A DNA stretch of 64,000 nucleotides from Candidatus Saccharimonadota bacterium. Lineage in GTDB: Bacteria > Patescibacteriota > Saccharimonadia > CAILAD01 > BJGX01. The first letter of the stretch is position 1. Each line of letters begins with the position of its first letter. A program made the translations under genes and the position numbers. A model generated the notes under the pieces. That model was not told the origin of the DNA. It did not search any database and was given only the letters and a program-made list of their open reading frames with translations. Positions 38,858-48,567 of the stretch are shown here, piece after piece. The stretch spans positions 32,670 to 96,669 of the forward strand of contig JACPPH010000006.1 in the NCBI GenBank assembly GCA_016191105.1, in the 5' to 3' direction.

Positions 38858-38871
38858 GTTATAATAGTTAT

Positions 38872-39633
38872 ATGAGCAAATACAATCAGTACGACCATTT
38901 TGCAGCAGACAAGCAACAAAGGCTAATTAAAGGCCAGAGCCTGCCTCATTCCTATGTAGAGAAGCCGGCTATGCGCAAAATGCTTCCTGACTTACTAGGG
39001 CAAAAAGTGCTGATGCTGGGTTGTGGCACAGGGGAAGAGTCGAGGCTTCTTGAAGAGAAAGGTGCAGCTGAATTAGTTGGCATAGATAAATCAACAGTGT
39101 CGATAGAACTGGCCAAAAAGACTTATCCCGGCCACACCTTTAGGTCAGGAGATATAAATGACCTTGTTTTTGATAATGAATCCTTCGACTTTGTTTATAG
39201 CAGTTTAGCAATTAATTACACGGGTAAACCAAAGAATGTTTATAAAGAAGCCTACAGAGTTCTCAAGAAAGGCGGTAAATTCCAATTCTCAGTACCACAT
39301 CCTGTTAGGTGGGCTTCAGAACGCATAATAATTGAAGGAAAGCCAGCTCGGATACTCGGTTTCGAAGAAGTAAAGGGTGAGAGTAGAGTCTTTGGCAATT
39401 ATAACGACTATCTAGAGTATTCACACGAGCTCACAATATCAGATGAAGACCCGATTCGTTTCTGGGTGGGTTCACCGAGCATGCATTTTCGGCTATTAAA
39501 AGAAACCGGGTTTAAGATAGAGGACTTTGTAGAAACAAAAGCTATAGAAGAGACAAAAACGGTAGACCCAAATTACTACGCAAGATTTAGTAAGTTACCA
39601 CAGTTCACTTTGTTTCTAGCGACTAAGCCTTAG
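38872..39633 (+). CDS. Class I SAM-dependent methyltransferase
   Basis: VLMLGCGTGEES (motif I) and Rossmann-fold motifs. Confidence 0.75.
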   Translation: MSKYNQYDHFAADKQQRLIKGQSLPHSYVEKPAMRKMLPDLLGQKVLMLGCGTGEESRLLEEKGAAELVGIDKSTVSIELAKKTYPGHTFRSGDINDLVFDNESFDFVYSSLAINYTGKPKNVYKEAYRVLKKGGKFQFSVPHPVRWASERIIIEGKPARILGFEEVKGESRVFGNYNDYLEYSHELTISDEDPIRFWVGSPSMHFRLLKETGFKIEDFVETKAIEETKTVDPNYYARFSKLPQFTLFLATKP

Positions 39634-39935
39634 TTACCAACATTACCCTACATACTCTGTTGGCATTTTCTGACACAGTTTTATTTATCCACAGCTAATC
39701 CAAGCAAAAGTTTACCCACCAAAAAACCGAACAAACTCAACTATGACGTCGTCAATCTAGTCTATGTAGCGATTGTTTGGCTAGACTAATTGATATTTGG
39801 CTACGTCGCACAAATTGCTAGCCACAACCCGTACAACAATCTTGATCATAGAATTTATTCAATACACAAAGCTCAAAAAACAAGTCAATAAATGTATTCA
39901 GAATAGAGTAGTAAAGTTGTTCAACAAGAACAATT

Positions 39936-40406
39936 TTGGTTCGCTTGCACACTCAGCGACTGTTGTGGGATAATGTAACAGATAAGAACGGCGTATTTAC
40001 AGATATGGCACTAGCACAAAGACAAAAAATCGTATTTATTGTATCTGGCTTGTTTCTAACACTCCTGGTTACAGGTATTTTGTGTACGGCCATGGTATTT
40101 GCCACAAACCCGCAAAAACTTGGTCCGGCAGGGGTAACCTTCTGGTTCATAGGGGTGTTTTTGTTTGCCGGTAGTGTATTGAGCTTACTTGGCTTTGCTT
40201 GGAAGATGCGAAAGGTGAAAAACCGTGAAAAACCGATGTGGTCGATCAATGAGGCACTGAGAACAGGCTTTTTACTAAGCTTTGCCGGGGTGGTTTTATT
40301 AGCTCTCGCTAGCCTCAAGAGCCTAAGCTGGCGCGATGTAATACTGTTTGTGCTAACAATCATTATTGTGGAGTTTTACTTTCGAACCAGAAGGGCAAAG
40401 GGGTGA
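39936..40406 (+). CDS. Membrane protein, hypothetical
   Basis: Four predicted transmembrane helices. 156 aa. Confidence 0.4.
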   Translation: MVRLHTQRLLWDNVTDKNGVFTDMALAQRQKIVFIVSGLFLTLLVTGILCTAMVFATNPQKLGPAGVTFWFIGVFLFAGSVLSLLGFAWKMRKVKNREKPMWSINEALRTGFLLSFAGVVLLALASLKSLSWRDVILFVLTIIIVEFYFRTRRAKG

Positions 40407-41395
40407 AAGGTAACCTGTTAGGACAATTAGAAAGTGCCAAATTGGAGCTTACGAGGGTTAAAGACAGGCACGGGCTTTTGCAACTCAAATCTCGCTATTT
40501 GGGCGCCAAGAGCCAGGTGGCGATGGGGTTGTCGCAGCTTAAAGGTTTGGAAGCAGGCGAGCGGGCCAAGGCTGGCCAAGCTCTAAACCAGGTAAAAAAG
40601 CAACTCGAGAAGTTGTTCGCCGCTGCCGAGCAAGAGCTTGTTACAGCTCAAGACTTTGAGCCCGTAGATATAACCGAGCCAGGTAAGAGGGAATACCCTG
40701 GTTATGGCCACGCTCACCCCACAACCTCGGTAATTGCCGAGAGCTTTCGTATATTTACAGAGCTGGGCTTTGCAATCGTTGATAGCCCAGAGGTTGATAC
40801 CGATTGGTACAACTTTGAGGCTTTAAACATGCCACCCGAGCACCCGGCGCGCGAAATGCAAGACACTTTTTATAGCACTTATCAGGATAAAAACGGTGCT
40901 AAGTGGCTGCCGCGCACCCATACCAGCAATATGCAGGTGAGGTTTATGGAGCATAATAAACCACCGTTTAAGATTATTGTTCCTGGTAAGGTGTTCCGAA
41001 ACGAAAACGAAGATGCTACTCACTCCTGGGCTTTTATTCAGATCGAGGGAGTGGTGGTGGGCGAGGGCGTGTCGATGGCCGATCTGAAAGGCACATTACT
41101 TAGAATAGTGAGGGGTATATTGGGTTCAGAGGCCGAAATTCGGTTTCGACCAAGCTTTTTTCCGTATACCGAGCCCTCGGTCGAGCTGGATTGCAAATAT
41201 CAGGGTAAATGGCTAGAGCTAGGCGGGGCCGGCATGATCCACCCCCAGGTGTTACGCAACGGCGGGATAGACCCCGAAAAGTACACTGGCTTTGCCTTCG
41301 GTTGGGGCTATGAGCGCCTGGCAGTAATTAAGTATGGCTTAAATGATCTGCGAAGTTTGTGGCGGCCAAACTTTCGTTATTTGGAGCAGTTTTAG
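40403..41395 (+). CDS. pheS: Phenylalanine--tRNA ligase alpha subunit
   Basis: Class II motifs (…FRPSFFPYTEPS…GWGYERLA…). Confidence 0.95.
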   Translation: MKGNLLGQLESAKLELTRVKDRHGLLQLKSRYLGAKSQVAMGLSQLKGLEAGERAKAGQALNQVKKQLEKLFAAAEQELVTAQDFEPVDITEPGKREYPGYGHAHPTTSVIAESFRIFTELGFAIVDSPEVDTDWYNFEALNMPPEHPAREMQDTFYSTYQDKNGAKWLPRTHTSNMQVRFMEHNKPPFKIIVPGKVFRNENEDATHSWAFIQIEGVVVGEGVSMADLKGTLLRIVRGILGSEAEIRFRPSFFPYTEPSVELDCKYQGKWLELGGAGMIHPQVLRNGGIDPEKYTGFAFGWGYERLAVIKYGLNDLRSLWRPNFRYLEQF

Positions 41396-41396
41396 G

Positions 41397-44021
41397 ATGA
41401 AAGTAAGCGTAAAATCAATCAATTCATATTTGGAAAGGCCGCTTTCGACCGAAGATATGGTGGCGGCTCTGGAGCGCAGCGAGGTTGAGGTTGAGGAAAT
41501 TTTGTATGCGAATAAGATCGATTCTAAGGTAATTATTGCAAAGATCACCAAGGTTGAGCCGCACCCCAATGCCGATCGTCTAAGATTGGTAACCATAGAT
41601 ACTGGTGTCGGTACTAAAAAGCTTGTTTGTGGTGCACCCAATGTCAAGAACAGCCTGGTCGTGGCATTTGCCCAAGTTGGCACAATTTTACCCGGCGGAA
41701 TTGAAATTAAAGCAGCAGAGATCCGTGGTGAAAAGTCGGATGGCATGTTGTGTTCTGAGCGCGAGCTAGGGTTATCGCAAGACCATAGCGGTATTGTTGA
41801 GCTAGACCCTGCTCTACCCTTGGGAAAGTCATTGTGCGACATAGCCGAATTAGGAGATTGCCTAGACCTTACCACCCCCTCAAATAGGTGGGATTATCTG
41901 TCGATAATAGGGTTGGCGAGGGAAATTGCCGCATTTTCGCTCAACAATAGCCTAGTTGAACCTGATATTGCCAAAAATGAATACCAGAACAGGGAAGTAA
42001 CAAAAGTCAAGGAAAAGGGCGGCTGCAGGCGGTTTATATCTGTGAAATATGTTGTGAAAAATGATATGGCCAGCCCAAGTTGGCTTGTGGATAACTTAGA
42101 GGCCAATGGTATGAATAGCATTAACCCGGTGGTCGATATTACCAACTGGGTTATGTTGGAATACGGCCAACCATCGCACGCTTTTGCGGCTGATAAAATA
42201 TCTGGCAACTTGCAGGTGCGCTATGGATCCCCCGCCGAAAAGTTGAAGTTATTAAATGGTAAAGAAATTACCTTCGTATCTGAAGATTTGGTAATTGCCG
42301 ATGATGACGGCCCGCTGGATCTGGCTGGCGTTATGGGTGGCCAAAAAGCCGAAGTTGAACCGAACACTACCGAAATTGTGCTCACGATCGCAAATTTCGA
42401 CAAAACCACGGTCCGGCGCCAAGCCTTGAGACATGGTGTGCGCACCGAGGCTAGTGCTCGCTTTGAGCGCGGACTCCCCCTCCCCTTGCCGGTTCTGGCG
42501 GCCGATCGTTTGGCTGGCCTATTAAAAGAAATCTGTGCAGCAAAGATCGTTGACTCCCCTGCCGATCAGCTGTTTGCCGAAATTCATGGCGTTCAAATTG
42601 GTTTGCGACTGCGCAGAGCCGAGGCGGTCTTGGGCATGAAGCTCGGTGAAAGGCAGTTGGCCAATGGGCTAAAAGCCCGCGGCTTCGAGATTAACCATTT
42701 TTCACTTGCTCATTCTATTAAAGAAGTGTTTAGTCGTAATATCAAGACTGATTCAGAACTTTTAACTACTGTTTTTGGCCCTTTGGGTCTTGAGTTAGAT
42801 TCCAAGACCGGTTGGAGTGAAACCGGTGAAATAATTGACGCAAATTTATATCGGGCCGGCGACATATTGTGGTTGGGCAATAATATGGCTATTTGTCAAG
42901 ATAAGAATTCGGCTGTGGTGGTGGAAAAGGGCAGGCCGGTGGTGGTAAAGCCCGACAAGATTAAGCAGGTTCGCAGAGTTGTGCCATCGCTTAATCATAT
43001 ACTAGCGGTGGCTGTGCCTTGGTGGCGCACAGATGTGAGTATGGCCGAGGATCTATACGAAGAAGCCGCCAAGATATTTGGCTACGATACTATGCCCCCT
43101 ACCCTGCCTGAGTCGCCGCCCATGGATACACATGAATTCCAAGCTTTACCAAAACTCACAGATCTCAAGCAGGCCATGGTAACTATCGGTTGTACCGAGA
43201 TCATGACCTACTCTTTGGTGAGTGCAGAAATGGTAGATATGGTTGGTGGTGATCTGAGCCGGCAGATAGAAATAGTTAACCCAATGGTTAAGGAGCAAGC
43301 TTATTTGCGGAGCGGCCTTTTAGCTAGCCACCTAAAGGCGATTGCGGCAAACCGAAATACTGACGAAGTAGATGTGTTTGAATTATCAAAAGTGTCTTGG
43401 CTCGAGAATGGCTCTAAGTCGGTTGCCCCCAACGAGGAATGGCGACTGGCCATAAGCAGTGTTGGCGAGTCTTCGCTAAAGAGACTCAAAGCCTTGCTAG
43501 ATGCGGTATTGGCTCGCAGTCGTATTGAAGTTAGTATTGAAGCGGCTCAAAAACCAGCATTCGTGTTGGGGCGTTATGGCCAAATGTTTTTGGGTGGAAA
43601 ATTTGTGGCTGAGTATGGCCAGATAAATCCAGCCACCCTAAAAAACCACAATATTCCCCCAGAAGTTAGCTACGCCGAAATAAAAATTGAACTAGTTTTG
43701 AGTAGTGTTGGTACACCACAGCCAAAAGCCATACCGCCCTACCGCTATGTCGGTCGCAACCTGGCCTTAGAGCTGCCGGTGGCCGTCAGCTGGCAGCACC
43801 TGCATGAACAAATAAGCTCTCGCAAGCATGTTGTAAAAGCAGATTTTGTTGATAGCTACCAGAACAGCGAGTTAAAGGCGGCCAAGCGAAAAAGTGTGAC
43901 CGTAGAAATTGAATTTGACCTTGGTCCACAACCCAAAACCGCCACAATTGACCAACAGCTAACAGATTTGGTAGAAGCCTTAAAATCTGACCCCCAACTT
44001 AGTAGCTTGACTCTGCGCTAA
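41397..44021 (+). CDS. pheT: Phenylalanine--tRNA ligase beta subunit
   Basis: N-terminal tRNA-binding domain, then B3/B4, B5 and the C-terminal domain. ATG at 41397, immediately after the pheS stop. Confidence 0.9.
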   Translation: MKVSVKSINSYLERPLSTEDMVAALERSEVEVEEILYANKIDSKVIIAKITKVEPHPNADRLRLVTIDTGVGTKKLVCGAPNVKNSLVVAFAQVGTILPGGIEIKAAEIRGEKSDGMLCSERELGLSQDHSGIVELDPALPLGKSLCDIAELGDCLDLTTPSNRWDYLSIIGLAREIAAFSLNNSLVEPDIAKNEYQNREVTKVKEKGGCRRFISVKYVVKNDMASPSWLVDNLEANGMNSINPVVDITNWVMLEYGQPSHAFAADKISGNLQVRYGSPAEKLKLLNGKEITFVSEDLVIADDDGPLDLAGVMGGQKAEVEPNTTEIVLTIANFDKTTVRRQALRHGVRTEASARFERGLPLPLPVLAADRLAGLLKEICAAKIVDSPADQLFAEIHGVQIGLRLRRAEAVLGMKLGERQLANGLKARGFEINHFSLAHSIKEVFSRNIKTDSELLTTVFGPLGLELDSKTGWSETGEIIDANLYRAGDILWLGNNMAICQDKNSAVVVEKGRPVVVKPDKIKQVRRVVPSLNHILAVAVPWWRTDVSMAEDLYEEAAKIFGYDTMPPTLPESPPMDTHEFQALPKLTDLKQAMVTIGCTEIMTYSLVSAEMVDMVGGDLSRQIEIVNPMVKEQAYLRSGLLASHLKAIAANRNTDEVDVFELSKVSWLENGSKSVAPNEEWRLAISSVGESSLKRLKALLDAVLARSRIEVSIEAAQKPAFVLGRYGQMFLGGKFVAEYGQINPATLKNHNIPPEVSYAEIKIELVLSSVGTPQPKAIPPYRYVGRNLALELPVAVSWQHLHEQISSRKHVVKADFVDSYQNSELKAAKRKSVTVEIEFDLGPQPKTATIDQQLTDLVEALKSDPQLSSLTLR

Positions 44022-44078
44022 CATTCTCCCTAGAGTACTGGCTTCATTGGAGCGTAAGCGATATAATTAGGCTTAAGA

Positions 44079-45551
44079 ATGCAAAACAAAAACCACAGCC
44101 ATTTTTTGAGTTTGCCTCCCAAAATTTCTAAATCTGGGCAAAGGCCGAGTATGAAAGCCAGATTGTGGTTTGTAGCGATTGGAGTTCTGGCAGCTGTTGT
44201 AGTACTCAATGCTCTGGTAGCTGCCCTGTTCGAGGGCGTAATTTACCCGGGCGTTTCAGTCGCAGGGCACGACTTGAGTTTCAAAAATCGAGCCCAGGCA
44301 TTACAAGTTTTGCGCTCACAGAATCTTGACCGCCGCTTTGATTTGCGAGTTGGCGATAAAACATTCATCGCTACCAATAGTGATTTGGGGGCTGAGTATG
44401 AGCTAGGAGCTACGATTGAGGCTGCTTATAATGTCGGTCGCAACTGGCCTTTGCCGTTGGCTGGGCTAATAGAAGCCAGCAATAAAGGCACGGTTGGTTA
44501 TGCTTATAACATTAATAACACCCAGCTCAGTAAATTCACAGACAGCGTAGTTAGCTCGGTCGGGCGTGATCCGGTTAACGCAACATTGCAAATAACTGAC
44601 GGCAATATAAATGTAGTGCCAGATCGGGACGGATTACGGGTAGACCGGCGTTACCTTAACGATCTAATTGCCAATGCTCTGGCCGACGGAAAAGACCAAA
44701 CAATTAGTTTGCAGCCTGTGCCCAAAAAAGCCGACATTTTGGCAAAAGATACCGCTGCCGCCCAAAAACGAGCCGAAGATTATTTGAGTCGTCAAATATC
44801 ATTAAGCTATAACGGCAAGACATTTGTGCTAGATAGAACCGCTTTGGGGTATATGATAGTTTTCAATATTGTATCTGGATCCGATGGCAGGCCAGAGTTA
44901 AAAGCCGACATTTCTAAAGAGCAAATTTTGGGCTATCTACAATCTGTGGCTAACCAAGTGGATGTGGCTGCCCAAAATAAAATTGTAGTTGTTAGAAACG
45001 GTGCCAACTCGGTAGAGCAGGAAGGCAAAAATGGCACGACCATAAACCAACAACCGGCCGCCGATGCGATATTTACGGCACTCCAAAATGGTCAGAATAC
45101 AACGATAGCGCTAACTGATTCGCCGGTGCCGTTTCAAACTCAAACTAGCAACAGCAATGGTCCAGATGCCCGCATGTACATCGAGATTAATTTATCGAGC
45201 CAACGCCTATGGGCCTACCAAGATGGGCAGGTCGTTTATAGCTCACCAATAACAAGCGGCGCTACCGGCAAAGGGTTTCCGACTGTAACGGGCACATTTG
45301 CTATTTACGCCAAAGAAAGAAACCGCTACCTTAATGGCGCCGTCTATGGCTACGACTATAATGTCTTTGTTCAATACTGGATGCCTTTTTATCAGGGCTA
45401 TGGCCTACACGATGCTAGTTGGCGCAATAGCTTTGGTGGACAAGACTATTGGTTGAACGGCAGCCACGGTTGTGTAAATATGCCATTGGCAGCAGCAGTC
45501 TTCTTGTATGATTGGGCGCCAATTGGTACACCCGTTTGGGTACATAGCTAA
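44079..45551 (+). CDS. L,D-transpeptidase (YkuD) catalytic-domain protein with an N-terminal membrane anchor. An alternative start is at 44151.
   Basis: C-terminal …HGCVNMPLAAAVFLYDW… matches the YkuD catalytic motif (His…Cys). Confidence 0.75.
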   Translation: MQNKNHSHFLSLPPKISKSGQRPSMKARLWFVAIGVLAAVVVLNALVAALFEGVIYPGVSVAGHDLSFKNRAQALQVLRSQNLDRRFDLRVGDKTFIATNSDLGAEYELGATIEAAYNVGRNWPLPLAGLIEASNKGTVGYAYNINNTQLSKFTDSVVSSVGRDPVNATLQITDGNINVVPDRDGLRVDRRYLNDLIANALADGKDQTISLQPVPKKADILAKDTAAAQKRAEDYLSRQISLSYNGKTFVLDRTALGYMIVFNIVSGSDGRPELKADISKEQILGYLQSVANQVDVAAQNKIVVVRNGANSVEQEGKNGTTINQQPAADAIFTALQNGQNTTIALTDSPVPFQTQTSNSNGPDARMYIEINLSSQRLWAYQDGQVVYSSPITSGATGKGFPTVTGTFAIYAKERNRYLNGAVYGYDYNVFVQYWMPFYQGYGLHDASWRNSFGGQDYWLNGSHGCVNMPLAAAVFLYDWAPIGTPVWVHS

Positions 45552-45590
45552 AATTAGCCAAAGCTGAACCATAACTGGTATAATTTTAGT

Positions 45591-46031
45591 ATGGATAACC
45601 GTACGCAAAATCTGCCAATACCAGAGCAGCCTAGGCGACCCCAGGGCAACGAACGAAAGCCGGTATTAAAGCCTGAGGTGGCACCAAAAGCTCCAGAAGT
45701 TCAGATGCAGCAGCCAGAGGTTCGTCCGTCTGGTGTGGAGCAACAACCACAAGCTAACCCAGCGCCACAAGCTGCCACACCGCCACCAGCACCAGCTTCT
45801 CCACTTACACAGCAGCCAGCTGCCCAGCCCGACCCGCTCGCGCAGGCCGGTGTAAAGACCCGCCCCGAAACTCTAGATGCTGACGATATTGATCTTATAG
45901 AAAAGGAATGGGTCGACACAGTCGATGATGTGATTGAGCATACTAAGGATGATCCGTACACTGAAGAGGAAGCTCAACAGAGCTTAAGCAAAACCTATCT
46001 AAAAAAGCGTTTTGGGATTGATGTTGATTAA
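45591..46031 (+). CDS. Pro/Ala/Gln-rich hypothetical protein
   Basis: Low-complexity PAPQA repeats followed by a conserved-looking acidic C-terminus. Confidence 0.4.
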   Translation: MDNRTQNLPIPEQPRRPQGNERKPVLKPEVAPKAPEVQMQQPEVRPSGVEQQPQANPAPQAATPPPAPASPLTQQPAAQPDPLAQAGVKTRPETLDADDIDLIEKEWVDTVDDVIEHTKDDPYTEEEAQQSLSKTYLKKRFGIDVD

Positions 46032-46046
46032 TAAGTCGAACCAGCC

Positions 46047-48491
46047 ATGAATCAGTTTATACTACTAACTAGCACGCTGTTTGCACTGTTTCTGTTTATA
46101 CTCTTAGCAGTTGGTTTTTTGGTTTATCGACGCATAATTCATCATGCCAAAAATGTCGAGCGAAGTTTGAAGTTTGTGCCGTTACTGATTAGGCTACCGC
46201 CCCAAGAGGCCAACGAGGCCACCAATCGCGATGTGCGCGAAATGATCAAAGAAAACATTACTAAGGCCGAAGGTGTATTCAATTTACTATCTGGCATAAC
46301 AACTTCTAAGGCTCAAATTTATGGCCGCCGACACATTAGTTTGGAGATTATCGCTGAAGGGCCCATGATTTACTTTTATATGGCCGTGCCGGCTAGCCTT
46401 TTGAGCTCGGTTCAAAAAGCCCTGGCTTCCGGGTATCCAGGAATCCAGATCGAGAAAGCCGAGGATATAAACTTTTTTTCTAAAGTTAGCAAGGCCTCAG
46501 GCGTTCAGGGCGGTGAATTAGATCTCAAACGCGATAGCATACTGCCTATAAACACATTTCGCAATTCTGATAGCGATGCGCTGGGCGGTATTCTCTCCAG
46601 CTTATCTAATCTAGGAGACGATGAGGGAGCGGCTATACAGATTTTAATTCGTCCGGTATCTCAGCGCTGGGTAAAACGAGCCCACCGCAAAGCCCGAGCC
46701 TATTTGACAGGCAAAAAAACCGGTGGCGCCAAAGCTTTTTCGGCTGTTAGTGAATCAGTTCGAGCTGCTGGTGGTGGGTCGGGTGGTGAAAAGTCCCCCG
46801 CCGAAAACCATCAAGTTACCGACATGGAAAAAAAACGATCTGAAATTATTGAAGAAAAAGTTAGAACGCCGGCTTTTGAAACTAATATTCGGCTCGTAGC
46901 TAGCAGTGGCGATCCGGCCAAAGCCAAAGTGTTGTTGCAGGATATGTTGCTTGGCTTTGCGCAAATGACCCAGCAAGATGCTAATAGGTTTGAGTTCCAT
47001 CCAGCTGATACACCACAAAAGATCGCCACCGACTTTATATTCCGATTTTTTAATGAGCGCTTTTTACACCTTCATAAGATGGTCTTAAATTCGACTGAGT
47101 TGGCCACCATATTTCACCTACCAAGTGAAATTATTGAGATTGCTACCCCGCTGCAGCGCAAGGGCGTAAAGGAAGTTGCGGCTCCGACAGGCTTGCCGGA
47201 GCTGGGATTGGTATTGGGTACCAATATATTTCGTGGTGTTGAAGCAACCATTCATTTAAGCGATAACGATAGACGACGGCACTTATACATATTGGGTCAA
47301 ACTGGTACCGGTAAATCTACCTTGTTAGAGAACTTAATGTTGCAAGATGCCGCAGCTGGTAAGGGCTTTGCGTTTATTGACCCCCATGGCGATGCCGCCG
47401 AGAAGCTCTTGGCGATGTTGCCGCCCGGACGAGCCGAAGACGTAATCTACTTTAGCCCGGGCGATACAGAGGTGCCAATGGGCTTTAACATCATGGAATA
47501 CGACCCTAACAAGCCCGAGCAAAAAGACTTTCTGATCCAAGAAGCCATTCAGATGCTTTACAAGCTCTACGACCCACAGCATCAAGGGATAATTGGACCA
47601 CGCTATGAACACTGGTTTAGAAACGCTGCCCTGACAGTCATGGCTGACCCCGAGGGCGGTACCTTTGTGGAGATACCCAAGGTCTTTACTGATGATGAAT
47701 ATCTGAAAAAGAAATTCAAGTATTTAACAGACCCCACTGTCCAAGACTTCTGGACCGGTGAAATGGCTCAAACCGATGCCCACTCTAAATCTGAAATGCT
47801 GGGTTGGTTTGTGTCTAAATTTGGAGCCTTTGCCAACAATGAGATCATGCGAAACATTATTGGCCAAAAACATTCAGCTTTTAACTTTCGCGAAGTTATG
47901 GATGGCAACAAGATTTTGCTGGTGAATTTGAGCAAAGGCCTACTTGGCGACCTCAACTCCAAGTTGCTAGGTATGATTATGGTTATTAAGTTTCAGATGG
48001 CGGCTATGAGTCGAAGCGATACACCCGAAGATCAGCGCCCCGATTTTTCTGTGTACGTAGATGAGTTTCAGAACTTTAGTACTGATAGTTTTGCAACCAT
48101 TCTCTCGGAAGCTCGAAAATACCGGCTAAACCTAATTGTGGCCAATCAATTTATATCGCAATTGGACGAGCAGGTGCGTGACGCCGTATTTGGAAATGTC
48201 GGCTCAATTTTAAGCTTTCGGGTAGGAACCGACGATGCTGAATACATGGAAAAACAATTCCAGCCACAATTTAATCAGGCCGACCTTATAAATATACCCA
48301 ATGGCCAAGGTGTTGGCAGGGTTATGGCCAATGGTGTGCCAACCACACCGTTTAGTATTCATTTCCCACCACCAATAGGCGTGCCTAATCAAGAAATTTT
48401 AAAAGCCATGCGCGATCTAAGCCGTAGTAAGTATGGTCGGCCCAAGAACGAAGTCGAAGCCGAAATTACCAGTAGCCTGGCCGACAAATAA
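46047..48491 (+). CDS. Membrane-anchored P-loop ATPase of the type IV secretion VirD4/TraG-VirB4 (DUF87-like) superfamily
   Basis: N-terminal transmembrane helix, Walker A GQTGTGKST, Walker B VYVDEFQNF. 814 aa. Confidence 0.55.
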   Translation: MNQFILLTSTLFALFLFILLAVGFLVYRRIIHHAKNVERSLKFVPLLIRLPPQEANEATNRDVREMIKENITKAEGVFNLLSGITTSKAQIYGRRHISLEIIAEGPMIYFYMAVPASLLSSVQKALASGYPGIQIEKAEDINFFSKVSKASGVQGGELDLKRDSILPINTFRNSDSDALGGILSSLSNLGDDEGAAIQILIRPVSQRWVKRAHRKARAYLTGKKTGGAKAFSAVSESVRAAGGGSGGEKSPAENHQVTDMEKKRSEIIEEKVRTPAFETNIRLVASSGDPAKAKVLLQDMLLGFAQMTQQDANRFEFHPADTPQKIATDFIFRFFNERFLHLHKMVLNSTELATIFHLPSEIIEIATPLQRKGVKEVAAPTGLPELGLVLGTNIFRGVEATIHLSDNDRRRHLYILGQTGTGKSTLLENLMLQDAAAGKGFAFIDPHGDAAEKLLAMLPPGRAEDVIYFSPGDTEVPMGFNIMEYDPNKPEQKDFLIQEAIQMLYKLYDPQHQGIIGPRYEHWFRNAALTVMADPEGGTFVEIPKVFTDDEYLKKKFKYLTDPTVQDFWTGEMAQTDAHSKSEMLGWFVSKFGAFANNEIMRNIIGQKHSAFNFREVMDGNKILLVNLSKGLLGDLNSKLLGMIMVIKFQMAAMSRSDTPEDQRPDFSVYVDEFQNFSTDSFATILSEARKYRLNLIVANQFISQLDEQVRDAVFGNVGSILSFRVGTDDAEYMEKQFQPQFNQADLINIPNGQGVGRVMANGVPTTPFSIHFPPPIGVPNQEILKAMRDLSRSKYGRPKNEVEAEITSSLADK

Positions 48492-48567
48492 CAAAAAACT
48501 TGCAAACCATCGTCAACCAGTCTAAAATCAAAGCTAAAGTAATAAAGCTGTATATGAGGGTAAACAC

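Noticed and set aside
38240-38870. RNase P RNA, SRP RNA or tRNA assignment for the structured intergenic region
   Set aside because: I could not find the P4 (GGAAAGUCCGGGC / ACAGAACCCGGCUUA) or SRP domain IV consensus by eye. It is left as an unassigned candidate ncRNA.
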